Below are positions 1 to 13,999 of a DNA stretch of 64,000 nucleotides, piece after piece; position 1 is the stretch's first letter; each line of letters begins with the position of its first letter. The stretch lies in NCBI GenBank assembly GCA_022813965.1, contig JALDZS010000044.1, forward strand, positions 62,001 through 126,000. The letters run 5' to 3'. The notes beneath the pieces were generated by a model. It was not told the origin of the DNA and ran no database searches. It saw nothing but the letters and a program-made list of their open reading frames with translations. A program made the position numbers and the translations under genes. Source of the DNA: Toensbergia leucococca. Its lineage: Eukaryota.

Positions 1-1011
1 AAAAGTGCGGTAGCAAAAGTGATCATTAATCCCTCCCCTTCCCGCAAGGTCCAACAAAGTCGTCGCAATAGTAGTACATGCAAGACCCAAGATGAAAAGA
101 AAGAAACAAGAAAAACCGCAAAAAAAACAATTCAAAGATTTTCCCATTATCCAACACTCAACCACGGGAGATAGACCCGCCCACATCCCACTGCGATGCC
201 GCATAATGACGAACCAAACCATCACTAATGAGTGCGCCCCCCCACATTTCCGATTTCTGCAGACATCGCAATCTCGACATCATAGCGGTGAGACAGCCTG
301 CCGTGCTGACTGGCAGCCCTGCCGATTCCCTCAAATGGACAGGAACCAATCGAAAAGCAGGTAGCGATGCTCTCAAATCAAGACCACTGAGCAGTGGCCA
401 AAAACGCCACTATTCTACAGGGACCAAGCGGCATGCGGCACGGAGATAGGTCCGAAATATGGCTTTTTCGAGAGTTTCCGGTTCAGAACGACGAATTGGA
501 ACGATGGAAGGATGACATGTTGCAAGCTAGAACAAGTGGAGTGTCAGAGACCATAGACCATACGACGTAGAGTAGACCATAGACTATTGGCGTCCACACC
601 TGTTTCTTGTCCCTTTGTCTCAAATCAAGATAAGATATGACGCCGTCGGTTATTCGCGGCACTAGGCGGGTCTCGGCAGATCGAGCGGATCCTTCCAGTT
701 CCCACATCAAATCATCGTCGCCAGACTAACGCTAAAGCGTAATTGTAGTCGGCTTTCGAAGGAGCCGACTCTCTAGACACGACTGTCTAGCTGTATCTTT
801 GCCTTCTCCTGCATCTTGGAAAGCTTGTCTACCATTGGCTAGCTTGTCCCCCAATGACTGACTTGATCGGACTTACTGAAGAAAGCCATCATGAGGGGGA
901 CGGAGATTCATGCCAACTTGAAATCAGGGTGCGGACGTGCGGCGGGTTTGTGTTTATCTGCTCAAATGCTACACTCATAGTTGACTGGAGCTTTTGATTG
1001 AACAACTCGTC

Positions 1012-3845
1012 TTACATTATGCTCGAACGATCCGATGACCTTGGCCGTTTCATTTGCATAGGATCACTCCCGTACGAGGAATCCATATCCCAGCGTCTTT
1101 TCAAGCCTCCCGGATCATAAGTGCTTGCAACAGTGTCTTGCCACATGCTTGGACTAACGAATGACGGCCCGTTGCTTGTGTAAGACTGCACCGTCTGGAT
1201 CTGGGGCGGAGGTGCCATGCTTGCAGGGATTGGGTATTGCTGATTTTGCTGCATGGCATCGTGTAGAGGTGGGAGATCATGCGAGTCAAGCGACGGTGGT
1301 GTATAGAGAGGCGGTGAAGGCTGAGGCATCGGGTTCGCAGGTGCAGCTATTGGACCGGCTGGAAACGCCGTGTTCCATTGACTGTTAGACTGATTAGTGC
1401 TGTCCTCTACTTTGGACGAATGAGAGCCGTACTCAAAGAGCCGGGTTGGATTCCAGGCCGACTGATCACTCCTCATTGTAGAAGGCACCTGCTGATGTGG
1501 CCTTTGCCCTGCCGCCATCATTGTTAGGGATGCTGCTGCCATTGGGCCCTCCTTAGGGTCGTCATGTCCTGCTGAGATTGGCGGCGTCATAGGGGTAGCA
1601 TTGTAACGACCCTGAGGACCCTGATCGTACGACGAGTGCCGACTGATGCTCTGATGCCCATATTTGATGTCGATTGGTTGGCTATGTTGAATCGAAGCTG
1701 CCGGACTTCCATATGGAAAACTTGGCTTCAATTCAAACGGTCTGGTAATATCTGCGGAAAATGCCTCGCGTAAAGCATCAATCTGCGCTTGCACTTCTGG
1801 CATGGGCCAAGATGACATACAATCTTCGAGTATCCTCATGTGGCGAGTGAAGTAATCCTTCGCGTCAGTGTTGAAGTCTGGGTCGGGAGAGGTTATGGCC
1901 ACCTGAACCAGTTAGCACTGGGCGGAAAACAGTAAAATAGAATCTTACCAAATGTATCATTGTACAAGTCAGTATGGCGTATATCGTAAAATTAATCCCC
2001 CGCTGCATGCAAAGTAGACCAGACAACCCAAACGTCTGGAGGATTCCCTCTTGTAACCTGCACATGCTCTTAGCAGACGAGTAGCAAAGAGCCATGTGCT
2101 GTTGCCAGCTCCCACCAGCGTTGAAGGACCTTGAGTACATGAGCTGAGGTCGATGAAGCATGATAATGCTGAGATGATGATATGAATGCATGTTTCCCAC
2201 AAAGTGGGATGTTAACCAAGGAGGAGTCCCGTTACCCGGATAATTCAACTGCAGGTCGCCAGGTAGGTCGTCGAGCCATTTCAAGAAAGATGGATTCAGA
2301 TTCACGAATCTTGGGTCAGCGCCCCAATCCTTCTGTGTCCTGAGCTTGCCATACATATCTGTCATGATGCGTACATTACGGACGCTTCGGACAAGATATG
2401 TAAATTGTCGAGATACTTGGGAATCAGACGCATCAATTGAAGAAGAAGACCGCTGAATGCTCACGTCCACGCTATTGGTGTCTACCCCAAATTCAAGGCG
2501 ACCTTTTTCAAATGAGTACGACAGAATTTTGCTTGAACATCACGGGATAGAGATGTCGACTTACCTTGAGGACCTCCAACCATCAGCTCGCACATGAAGA
2601 TGTTCTGCCAAATCCTAGTCTTGATCAGACATTCTGTCGGGTCGGATCCACATTCTCGGCCTTCTTGATGAACAGCATAATGATTATGAAGCTCCAGGTC
2701 CTTAGCCATGACTATAAGAATCTTGACTGTCATCCAAGATCTATAGTAGTAGCCTCGTTTTGGTGCCGACTCGCGTGCCTTAAGAAGTATCAATACAGCC
2801 TGAATGGTGCTGAGCCGTGGAACATCCATAAAACAGTCTTCATGCTCTGTAAAAAGTCAGTCTAAAGCTCTCTCGAAGGTCATCATTGCACACTTGAAGC
2901 CAGAGCTAGCCATTGTGCTCCTTGAGCTGGGTCTTCAGACATCCTTCCCGAGCACGCGAAAATAGCCTCTAGAATCAGGGGAGATATGGATCTACGGTTT
3001 GTCCTCCATTGCTGATAGAAATAAGATTTGCTGATGACAGGAACATAAGGATGTACGTTGGCGAAGAATATATCGAAATATTCCATACACTGTTCTTCGG
3101 GAGGCATGAGCTCTGGTGGTATCCTGACAGTAGAGCCAGAGCCCGCGGTTATGGGCGGTAACTTCACTTCAAATTCATCCAATGCAGGTGCCTCGGCGAG
3201 ACTTTGCTTCTGCCGAGAGATATAAGGAGCTGTAAAAAGTCAGTAAAAAGCTATGAAATGCTGTAGTCGTTCTCCGTGCTTGGTCTTTAACATACCAATA
3301 CCAGTCTCGTCGATTTTCAATTCCCCTAAGACATCGCTCAGGTTTACGGCAGAATAGCTGTCAGTACTCCAGACCTCGCTGTTCTCGCTGGAAGGTATTG
3401 TATGGCTGTTCGATCGCTGAAAAGCTGGCGGATCGTGGTATGATGGATTACGGTTGCTGGAGCGAATAGTAGGTACGTCGCTGTACGAATAATCAGGCAG
3501 ACTAGGCGGTCTTTCAGAATAGGGCGGGGTATGGAAAACCCCTAGGCCATCACCGTATGATGATTGCGAGGGATGGACTTGTTCTGAAGCGTTTCCTATG
3601 TCAAATCCCTGGTTCGCACGTATTTGAGAGCCATATTCATCGTCTCCACTGCCGCTTGAGGTGTCGAAATCCAGTACTCTCTCCAATCCGGAAGCCGACC
3701 CACTTCCTGCACGAGCACGGTCGTAATTTACAGTCGGTGGTACGCAAAATATCTTGAGTCTTACGCAGGCAGCACATGGCCACGAATTGGTTGTAGCAGC
3801 ATCACATTTGATCTTTCGTCTTCTGCATCCTTCACAAGCTCTCAT
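1012..3845 (-). CDS. Zn(II)2Cys6 fungal transcription factor with fungal-specific TF (middle homology) domain, multi-exon
   Basis: RACEGCRRRKIKCD...WPCAACVRLKIFC binuclear cluster; FFANVHPYVPVI and SIIMLHRPQL middle-domain motifs across ORFs 3240-3881, 2883-3182, 2482-2829, 1865-2470 and 1012-1902. ATG 3845 follows a splice acceptor at 3848-3849, so the true start is uncertain. Confidence 0.9.
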
Positions 3846-6404
3846 CACTGGGAAATCTGTCAACACTGACGACTTGAGCAAGAGAGGATTATGACAATAC
3901 CTTTAAGCCTTTTGTGACGATTGTGCTCATCGACAAATACATAGTCTGCACAAGAGATTAGCATTTATAAATGCTCCGTATGCTGTTCCCAACGCGAGAC
4001 GATCGTACTTTTCTTATTGTCACCGAGCCCAAGATTTGGGGGCGCAAACGAGAAGGTCTGCATTTGGCTCTTTTGCGGCAACAAAGGCCGGATTCCAGGA
4101 CCAGTAGTCATTCACAAATCGATAAATGCCGCCTCGGGAGAGCGATTGATATGTTTCCACAATTAGAGGAAACAGCTCCAAAGCACTGATGCTTTCAATG
4201 CCGCACGATACGTCGAAACTCTACTAGAAGATGATGTTTATGCGGAACCGCCCGAAGCTACCATTGGTTTCGCACACCCTCAGAAAGGAGGTGGCTGTTT
4301 CTTCCCCCGGAAATGGGTATCAAATACCTCAAAGTGTATGCAGACTGTGACTGCAGAAAAACCTAGCGCGGGATATCGACGTTTGAAAGATGAGTTCGAG
4401 ACTCAGAACAGGGCCAGGGTAGCAGTGAGCCCTTGAACAGCCTCTGTTTCATGTAGCGCTGGCTGATCTTACTGGGAGATTCGGCGCAAGCGGTATGAAG
4501 TGACAAATGGAAATGACAAGGCGGAAAGCGACGAACAGAGATGGTGGAGTTGATGAAGATCGTAGGTCGAGACAAGCATCAAGCAAAAGCGGTACAAGGT
4601 AGCTAGGGATTGAAATAAGGTACGACGGCCAAGAGTCTGTCTTGGGAAATAGTCCGAAATCACCCACGTAAAACGGGGGGTCGGGCGTTTTTAATGACCT
4701 TTGCTTTTTACCTCCCAGTCCAGCCACCGCACTATCTGTAGATTCTGAACAGTGGATCTTCAATGAAACTCGGGAACATGGATGAAGTTGGCGGGCTAGT
4801 ACCAGTGGTTTGTCGATGTGACAGGCCGTTGGGTAGTAGGCAAGTGCAGGTAGCGGACGTTGTTGGTTTCCTTCTAGAAGGCTGTTGGAACTTGGAAGAG
4901 GTGAACCCTGGATGCACAGATAAGTGAAGAAAGCGCCTTCGATGAGATCACAGAACGGCAGGATGGACCAGAGCGATGTTCGGGATATACCGAGCCAGTG
5001 TACGAGGATGGCAGGTAAAGGCGCGGGGCTCTTCGTACCCGCAGTAGTGGTGTTAAGCAGGCTAAAATGCCTCGGTCGCCGCCATGGTAGCCTACCTAGG
5101 TGGTCAGGCTCAGTCAACGTTCTTGCAGTAGTTCTAGTCGTCGAGCGAAGAAGAAGAGAAGGCGCATGGAAGGGTGTTGGTGGGATAATAATCCTGGGTA
5201 CTCCTTCGTGTCGCGAAAAAGCAAAAAACTTCACCGTTACACCCAGCTCATCTTATGAGCCTGGGGGGGTGGTGGAGGCAAAGAGGTAAGAGGGGTTCAA
5301 GTGGCTCAGAGACCTCGAGAGCGGCCGTAAGACTAGAGTAATTCATGCTCTCTCGATCTCGATGGTGCGACAGCCTATGGGCCTCACACTACATTGCAAT
5401 ATGCATGAAAATATCAGAGGACCTTTGATATTTGGTTCGCCCGCGTCTAAGATAGCCAAGAATACATGGCTGATTATCTCATTCTTTTTATTAATAGGAG
5501 TAATACCGGACGTAAAAATTGGCTACCACGCTAGCCAGCACCAATGAGCCTCGTATCTTCAAAACGCCATCCAAGACACTGCAATTTGGACACGCACTTT
5601 TGACATGTGCTGAAATCTACCTAGGCTCATTTTTTCTTGAACAAGGTACAAGGGGTGAGGGCCCAGGGGCGAAAGATCAAGGCTATCAGAGCAAGATAGT
5701 GAGAAGACTGCGAAAGAGCGTCATTGGCTAAAAAGGAGACTGTTCCCGACAAGCCTTCTAGCCGTTGTTCTTTTCACCTTCTTTGTGTACGGATATGTGC
5801 AACGGTGATCGCCTATTTCACCGTAATCGGGCTCAGGGTTTGCGAGCACAATAAGCCCTGCTCATCATGGCTCGTCCCGCCCTCCAATCCCCCGTCCGAC
5901 TATGTTCCTGACCATATATGCCGACTTCGCTCACTACATGAGGTCTTCGCATGGGAACAGTCAATTTGCCTTGTCAAAATCCCTCTTTGATTTTGCCGGA
6001 CACAGATCACGTCTGACGCTATAGGAATTTCTAAAACTGCGAGTGGTAGTAGATCCCGTGAATCGTTTCATAAGTGGCTGATCCCACCTCCCGCCTCCCA
6101 CCTATCTAAAGCCCATTCTATGTCACATTTTCCAGCCTCAGTGTAGGCGTCTCGGGGCTCACAAGGAAGGTGCATATGTCAGATAGCTTGATCAGACATC
6201 GCTCAGGCCCTAATGTAGGTACGACAACATCCTAGTTTGCATCTTAGTGTCGTACGTAAGGATGAACTGCAAGCAATATCGCTCGCCTCCGTCATTCACA
6301 CAGTAGTTGTAAGGCGCCTCCCACACTTGCAACGTCTAATCGCGCAACCCGCACGTAAATCCTAAACATAGAAACCACCAAATACCCATAGTCGTCTCAA
6401 GGCC

Positions 6405-7061
6405 ATGTCCGAGATCCTCAACGCCAACCCCACCATCCGGAATGCTTCCGACCTCCCCACACGCCGCCAACGAACCTCCTCCCACGACATAGCCAGAACC
6501 CCTCTCGGTCTCTTCTCCAGCGTCATCCCCTCCTCCGCCTACGTTGTAGATCCATTTGCGCCTCCTAGTCTATCCTCGGACGCAGATAGCGACAACGATG
6601 ACGCCACCGTCGACCCCATCGACGAGCAGGAAATCTACGGTAAGCACCTACATTCCTGCCCAACCCACCCCACCTACTAACCGATCTCATGAACAGACCT
6701 CATCTCCAGTATCTCCGACCCTGAACATCCCCTAACCTTGGGCTCCCTCGGCGTCATCAACCTTCCAGACATCTCCATAACTCCTTTAACACCCACCTCG
6801 CCCCTCACAACCGTCACCGTCCTCATAACCCCTACCATAACACACTGCTCACTCGCCACAGTCATCGGGCTCGGCGTGCGTGTGCGTCTAGAGCGCGCTC
6901 TACCGCCGCGATTCAGAGTCGATGTGAGAATTAAGGAGGGTACCCACAGTAGTGCGAAAGAAGTGAGTAAGCAGTTGGGGGATCGGGAGAGAGTGGCGGC
7001 GGCGCTAGAGAATGGAACTTTGATGGGGGTATTGAGGAAGATGTGGGAAACTTGTGTGTGA
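6405..7061 (+). CDS. CIA2: MIP18/FAM96B family cytosolic Fe-S cluster assembly protein (Cia2-like)
   Basis: Exons 6405-6639 and 6697-7061 (GTAAGC..CTAAC..CAG) give EIYDLISSISDPEHPLTLGSLGV, TPTITHCSLATVIGL and KQLGDRERVAAALEN. Confidence 0.92.
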
Positions 7062-7384
7062 TGCCGAGGTGCTAGCGAGGCGGATGATTAGATTGCCTCC
7101 ACTGGCGGTAATGTGCCAGGAGAAGCATTACGATTCGAACAAGTCTTTAGTACTTGTAGATGCAGGTGTGTACCACGAGAAATCCATGGCTTTGGGTTGT
7201 GGCAAATGGCTTGGGAAGATCATTGCTCTATTGTGGTATTTTAACCTGTCTTGACGGCGGGCATAGGTTCATGCATTTCAATATCTACACATTTACGAAG
7301 GCACGGAACGGGTTCTGTATCTGAAACGAACTTCAAATAACAGACTTCTATCATATTTCAAAAAATGACCCATGTATCTACACA

Positions 7385-10300
7385 TCACATCTGAAACCCA
7401 ATTTCATCCCTCCTATCATCCGTCAGTCGTCCCCACTCCAAAAGCAACCGAAACATATAAATCTCCATATCCCCCTTCCTCAATGCTTTCTCGGCCCATT
7501 CCCTCCCTTCCTCTGCAATCTTCTCCCCTTCCTTGATTCTTGGTGCCATCCCTATCTTTGTACCGGAGAAATATGCCAAAGTACTATGTACCCCATGCAA
7601 CCTCAAATCTATGGGCACAAAATGTTTCCACGCTGTTATGCGACCATCGTACCACTCTCGAAATAGGGCAGTTTTGAAAGGCAAACATCTTGACCGAAGA
7701 AAGGGAAGAAATCGCCCGCTAAAACCTGCGCCATCTAAATCGAATAAATAGCGATATCGCCAATGATCTTGGAAATCGCTTGGACCCACCAAACCGAATT
7801 CCTTCTCTTGGTTGGGGCAATCTTGAAGGCCACAGCGCGCAATCTTGTCCACGATGGCAACGTCGAAGTCGAGTCCTAGAGCAGGAACCTGGGAAGCAGG
7901 TACGTAGTGGTAGACGTACCGCTCCGGTTGGGAACCATGGGGAAGGAGGATAGGAATAGTGTCACCAGAAGTGACATTGTTGGCAAGGTGAACTAGTCTT
8001 TGGCGCGTCATTCCTTTCCAGGTCCCTTCTGCTGAAACACCTTCGGAAGTAGCGCCACGCCAAAAAAGAGTATTTTCTTTTTCAATGAATGGCCGGTCCG
8101 GATGTGTATCGTCTGTAGAAGGCTCATATTTGACTTTATCCATATAATTCCATGGTGAAGGATACATGATATCTGCATAGCCGTGGGCTTTGCTCTGGGA
8201 AAACACGGGGACAAGCTCGTGGGCGGTTTTAAAAGCGGCAGGGCTGAGATAGAAGCCGTGAAGGTTTGCAAGGTCAGGTTGGTGACAAGGAGAAGCGGAA
8301 AGGGTCCAATTGCGGAGAAAGGGACCGAGCGAATGCGGGGCAGCACAGGAAATGCAGAGATTTCGAGGATCCCAGATATAGCTGTTCCGGGCAGAGGAAC
8401 CAGGCCGACAGGCAACAGAGCCATATGAGTAGAAGTTGTTTGTAAAGGAGTGATCCTCAAAGCGGCTTGGTGAAGGACTTGTTTCATCTAAATGCCAGGT
8501 TTCTGCACGGTTTAAACTCCATTGGTTTCGTTTGGGGGCTTCAGAGGCACCCGCACGAACACCAATGCTTCGTAACTTTTCAAGATTCTTATATGGAACC
8601 GCTAATCGAGACTCATCGTTGATGTTGAAGGCAAGGTCCATGTCAGGAAGCCATTGAGAAAAATCGTGGGTCAAGGCCAGTACCCCATCTAGCATCCATC
8701 GGTGTGTTGGCAATACGTTGGGGCCAATCTCTGCTGCACCCGAGCGAATACTTACTTCCGCAACTTCATTCCAAGGGTCAGAAATGATTTCGCGAGTACG
8801 TTTACGTAGAATTTGAGGATCGATAGCCCAGAAAGGTAATAGATCTTCATAGATGCTGTCGTAATCGTCTATGACGACAGATGACCTTGCTGTTGCGTAG
8901 TCGTACCATTTGTCAAACTCTGGAGGTGGATGTCGAAGATATCGCTTACGGTACTCCTCTGTAGCTTGCCCTAACGTCTTACTCGTTGCTGCTTGGCTGG
9001 CCCATGTCTGATGTTGCTCGCCGGCATCATGCATAAGTAAGTCGATCGGATGGAAGACAATTGTTTTGTGACGTGAATATTCTAGGAAACATGGTACAGC
9101 CATCAACATAATCAAAAAGGTATATAAAGAGGGAGGTGTTCGACCCCAATGACGTTGTGCAGGCCTCGACGGTTCCGAAGTCGATCCATTATACAGAAGT
9201 AGAGCAGCACTGACGAACAACATGGCGAGGGAAGATATAGTTGATTCTGGAAGAGGTGGTGGAAACGCATTTGGGTGTTCCCACACGAATCGAAGTCCCG
9301 AGAAGTATGTGCAGACAAAGACAACAACCATTGTAAGGTCCAAAGTGCCGACGGTCGTGAACTAAACTCGATCAAAATCGGTTCTTGAAAATGAATACAT
9401 ATAACCCACCAAGCGTATTGTACAAATCATCATTAACGTAAATACTAAAGTCTGCCAAGACAGAGTGCCTATGTACAGGCCGCTAACATTACCAACCCAA
9501 TTCCGATATTCTGGTTTGAGTACGAAAATAGCAGATCCAGCCACGGAGAGTAGAACGGCTGACAACTATAGGTGGTCAGGAACGGCAAGATAAAATCATA
9601 TACCGCGAGAGATTTTGGCTTACAACAAGCACGGAGCCTAGAACTACAGGCCCCCTGACGGACTTCGACGCTCGGTCGCTCTTCAATTTCCCGATGAGCT
9701 CTGTGATACATACCAAGACGAGACAGTCCACAAACACTCCCGAGACTTGTAAGAGAGGTACAGTTCTTCGATCATATAAAGAAATAGGACAAATATACGT
9801 CGATCGTGGGCCAGAGCTAACAGAGGCTGTGAGGACCGCCGAAGCACTTAACAATGCTGCTGGGAAGACAGCCTTTACCTGGCCAGACTTAATTGCATCG
9901 CCAAGGGTGAACATGGCTCTCTTAAATGAGCCGTAGTCTTGCCGTTGTTTTCGCCGAACGTACCAATAATTCCAGATCGCCAAACATATTGGCACCAATC
10001 CCTTGAGCAGCAATCAGAGAGAAACACAAGACACTGGTGAAACGAAGAGACTTACTTCGATCCCTGGTACTGCGCATTGTCTATTGCTTCGCACCTGCCG
10101 GAATAACTCAACTCGGAGGCAAACGGCGATAACCACAATGACAAATACCAATCTTCGAAATGGGGGACCCAAAGATGTAATTCCATGAGAAGGATCTGGG
10201 GAAGATTTTCTGGATGCGTGAGACAGGTGACGGGCTTCCAGCGGCAGAGAGGTATAGTCGTGAGTGCGTGACGAGGAATCGAAGAGCCAGGGGATGGTGA

Positions 10301-10567
10301 AACATAGGACCACAATGCTGAGGCCGGAGGTGAAGAAAGCGGTTATGGATGACTGAATAGGGCGCTCTGTTTGCAATCAGCCTTGGCGCCCGAAGATGGG
10401 AGAATCACTCAAGTACATGTACCGAAGACAGCTGAATGGTCATATGTCAGTGTGAAAACAGAGACGCAAAAGACCAGACCCCTAGTGATAGTCAGTATTT
10501 TAAAACTTATATAATTGCATCATGCTCGACTTCTGTACCCCAATGACATAAGTTGGGCCTTGTCCAT
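7385..10567 (-). CDS. CAP10-like glycosyltransferase family 90 protein with N-terminal membrane region, multi-exon
   Basis: YRKRYLRHPPPEFDKWY, LPDMDLAFNINDE, LFWRGATS, YRYLFDLDGAGFSGRF, MEIYMFRLLLEWGR. Upstream hydrophobic exons were joined by hand to an ATG at 10567 (start approximate). Confidence 0.88.
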
Positions 10568-10917
10568 GACATTGAGTTGGTGGCGCGCAAGGACTCGGCG
10601 CCGAGGTGGTTTGGAAGGGAGCTGTCAGTTATCAGAGTCATTGGAAGATCTGGTGAGGTCGACATGCAGGGAGAACCAGATCTCAGGCATAGGGTACCTT
10701 GTACGGAGGACTGTATGTAAACTTGATTAACCATGTACAATGCGTGAGCCAGTCACAGCCTTTTTACAGAAGGAGAGAGGCGAGAGAGGTCTTGGAGCAA
10801 AGACGGCACACTTCGGTTGAACCCGCCTCAAAGTTTGGCCGAGGCCCGAGAGAGGGCACAGCATTCAGCACGAACATCACACCCAACTTGTTTCCTCCAG
10901 TCTACGACATTCACACC

Positions 10918-12584
10918 ATGGACTCACCATTAATCACAAAGATCTTCCAAAGTCTCTTTTCCCACCAGACGTGCTCCCGAATACGCTCGCCCTCGCTATC
11001 GTCCCGAATAGCAAGCCTGCAGAGGGGACAGCAATGCCGCAAAATATCAGATGGCGGTCAAAACAACGATGATGCCGGCCAGCAGAGCAATTGGCAACAA
11101 CGCACCCATTTGTTTCCCCAGGACAAATCAAAGGAATTTGACAAATACCCCATAGTCACAGCAGACGGCTTGAGAAGTCGAAGGGAAAGGCCCAAGAGGG
11201 TGAAAATGCTCACACGTGACTTCATAGAAGGTCTTGTTCTCCCCAGTTCCCCAGGTCTATATATATGGGATAAATACTCAAAGACCGCCCACAGATAGTC
11301 TCTACAACCCCAATTATGGATATTTCTCCAAACAAGTCGTCATCTTCAGCCCAGGCGACCCCTTCGACTTCAATAGCATACGCGACGAACCCGAATTCCG
11401 CACCCTCCTCGGCCACCGCTACACTACCTTCGAAGATGTCCTCGACGCTAAAGCCCCCAACCAATCCCGCCAGCTCTGGCACACCCCGACCGAGCTCTTC
11501 CGCCCTTACTACGGTGAAGCCATCGCTCGCTACCTCGTCACAAATTACAAGCTCACCCACCACCCCTACCACGACCTCATCATCTACGAACTCGGCGCCG
11601 GCAACGGCACCCTCATGCTCAACATCCTCGACTACATCCGCGACCTGCACCCAGACGTTTACCCACGTACCAAATTCAAAGTAATCGAAATCTCCTCCTC
11701 CCTCGCCTCTCTGCAATCCTCCCAACTTACCCGCACTGCCTCCGCTCGCGGCCACCTCGACCACGTCGAAATCATCAACCGCTCCATCTTCGCCTGGGAA
11801 TCCTACGTCCCGGCGCCCTGCTACTTCCTGGCCCTGGAGGTCTTCGACAATTTCGCCCATGACTCCATCCGCTATGATCCTTTCACCGAGCAGCCCCTCC
11901 AAGGCAACGTCCTCGTCGACGCCACAGGCGACTTTTATGAATTCTATACCCGAGATATTGACCCTGTCGCCGCGCGCTTCCTCCGCGTCCGCCATGCCGC
12001 CTGCTCACGCCCGTACAACCACCCGCTCAAATCGTCGAAGCTGACGCGAAGCATCAAAGCCCGCCTCCCCTTCGCCGCTAACCTCACAGTCCCCGAATAC
12101 ATCCCTACAAGACTAATGCAATTCTTCGACATCCTCCGCGAATACTTCCCCCTCCACCAGCTCCTGACCAGCGATTTCCACTCCCTTCCCAATGCCATCA
12201 AAGGTATCAACGCACCCGTCGTGCAAACCCGCTACCAACGCCGCGTCGTCCCCGTCAGCACTCCTCTCGTAAGCCTCACCTCCCCCTTTCCCCAGACCAT
12301 TCCCCTGTCCTACCAAAAAGTCCGCTTCCCCCTTCGAGATCGCCCAGACTCACACTATACTTCAATCCCAAAAGGTCCAACAAGGCTACTTCGACATCCT
12401 CTTCCCCACCAACTTCGCCGCCATGGAAGACATCTACCGCGCCATCACGGGTAAGCTAACTCGCGTGCTAAGCCACGAGGATTTTCTGCGTCGGTGGGCA
12501 TACGTGGAGGATACGCAGACGAGGAGCGGGGAGAATCCGCTGCTGAGTTGGTATAAGAATGCGAGCGTTATGACTACTGTTTGA
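10918..12584 (+). CDS. Mitochondrial SAM-dependent methyltransferase, NDUFAF7/MidA (DUF185) family
   Basis: [64 protein letters not shown]. Introns 11231-11294 and ~12269-12374. Confidence 0.88.
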
Positions 12585-13022
12585 GGTAGCAAAGGGGGGT
12601 TTTGGACAAGGCGAAGACGTTGGGACGGATTATGGGATTTGGAGTGGGAGTGGGAACACGAGCGAAATGTCAAGGTGGACGGGTAAGACTTGTAGTGAAT
12701 CGAGAAAGGGATGCACGTAAAGAGTCAAATATCTTTCTCAGGTAAGCTATCTAGACATCGCTCCGCCTGCGAGGCACGCAGGTTCCGCACTGGCATCTTA
12801 TGCCATGAAACCCGGCCATAATAATTCCCACCGTTCCAACCAAACGCCGTAAAACAGAATGCAAGTACACCACAAAAGTAGTTAGATACTACCTCCCTCG
12901 CCTCCCCATTCGGTGGAGCTCCCATCGGTAATCTAAAGCTTATCATGGAGCGAGTTCCGTAACCTGCTTGTTTCCATCGATTATTTTGAATAAAGGACCG
13001 AACCATTGATTGAATAAACAGC

Positions 13023-13999
13023 TTAAGAAAACTGCGGCCTCCAAATCAGCATCCCTTCCCAATAGTGGGGATACAGATAGAAAAAACAAAACTCACCTTC
13101 CATCGCTTCCCACAAACCGTACACTCGCAAAACGTCGTCATCGGCTCATCCGCACTTCTCGTCTGGGCCTGGCTGTAGCTCACTTTCCGCTGCCCACACT
13201 TCCCACATGTCAAACTGGTACTGATGCTCCTCTCGGCCTGCGGCACCATCGCCTCCTTCATATTCTCATGCGCCAGCTTCTTGTCCTCGGCGCGCTGCTC
13301 CTCACTCTTCAGCTCCTCCAGCGACATGGTCACAAAGCGCTCCGGGCCAATGTCGCCGCTCAGGACGCTCACGCGTAGCAAGGGGTTGGATTTGTTCTTG
13401 AGATTCTGGAAGAGGGAGCGGATTTTGGATTTGTAGTCTTCGGTTGTTTCGGGACCGAAAGTGGTGAAGCATGCTCGTTCGACAGCTGTGGCGACGTTGA
13501 GGACCGTGGCTGGGGGAACAGTGGAGAGGTGGCAGAGGCCGTTGTATATGAGGCCGAGGCATCTATTGCGGCTGGCTTGGTCGGTGCGACCGATGTCCAC
13601 GCCGTCCTTTTCCCAATTACGTTTGTCAGGCGGAACGGATGGCTTTTTATTCTCGACTTTTGATTTTTCGACCGCAGGAGGGGGAGCCGGGGTTGGGGAT
13701 TTGCCATTCGGCGGTGTGGCAGTCATTTTCTTGTTGGTTGGTGTGCCTGGTTTTTGCTTGCCAATGTCGTCGCGCCACTTTTTGACGATTTCGCTTGCTA
13801 GACGGGCGATTTCGGGGTTCTTGTGCTGCTTGGACCGGTTGACGATGACGCCAATCTTAGTGGAGCGGAGGAGATCTTCGGAAGGGAGAACACCAGTTTT
13901 GAGCTCGTTCAAGATGCCGAGGATGGTGGCTGAAGGTTCGCCGGCTGCGGTGGCTTTTTGCAAGGCCTTTGACTTTTCGACAACTTCCTTTGTTTCCAT
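13023..13999 (-). CDS. DST1: Transcription elongation factor S-II (TFIIS)
   Basis: LRSTKIGVIVN N-terminal domain, KIRSLFQNLKNKSNP, Zn ribbon CGKCGQRKVSYSQAQTRSADEPMTTFCECTVCG. Intron 13032-13096 precedes the terminal FS*. Confidence 0.96.

Noticed and set aside
4449..5234. 261 aa minus-strand ORF upstream of the transcription factor
   Set aside because: Non-ATG start, no domain and UTR/intron-like composition; it more likely belongs to the leader.
11222..11995. 257 aa antisense ORF (also those at 13461-14039 and 46322-46903)
   Set aside because: Shadow ORFs opposite codon-biased real genes.
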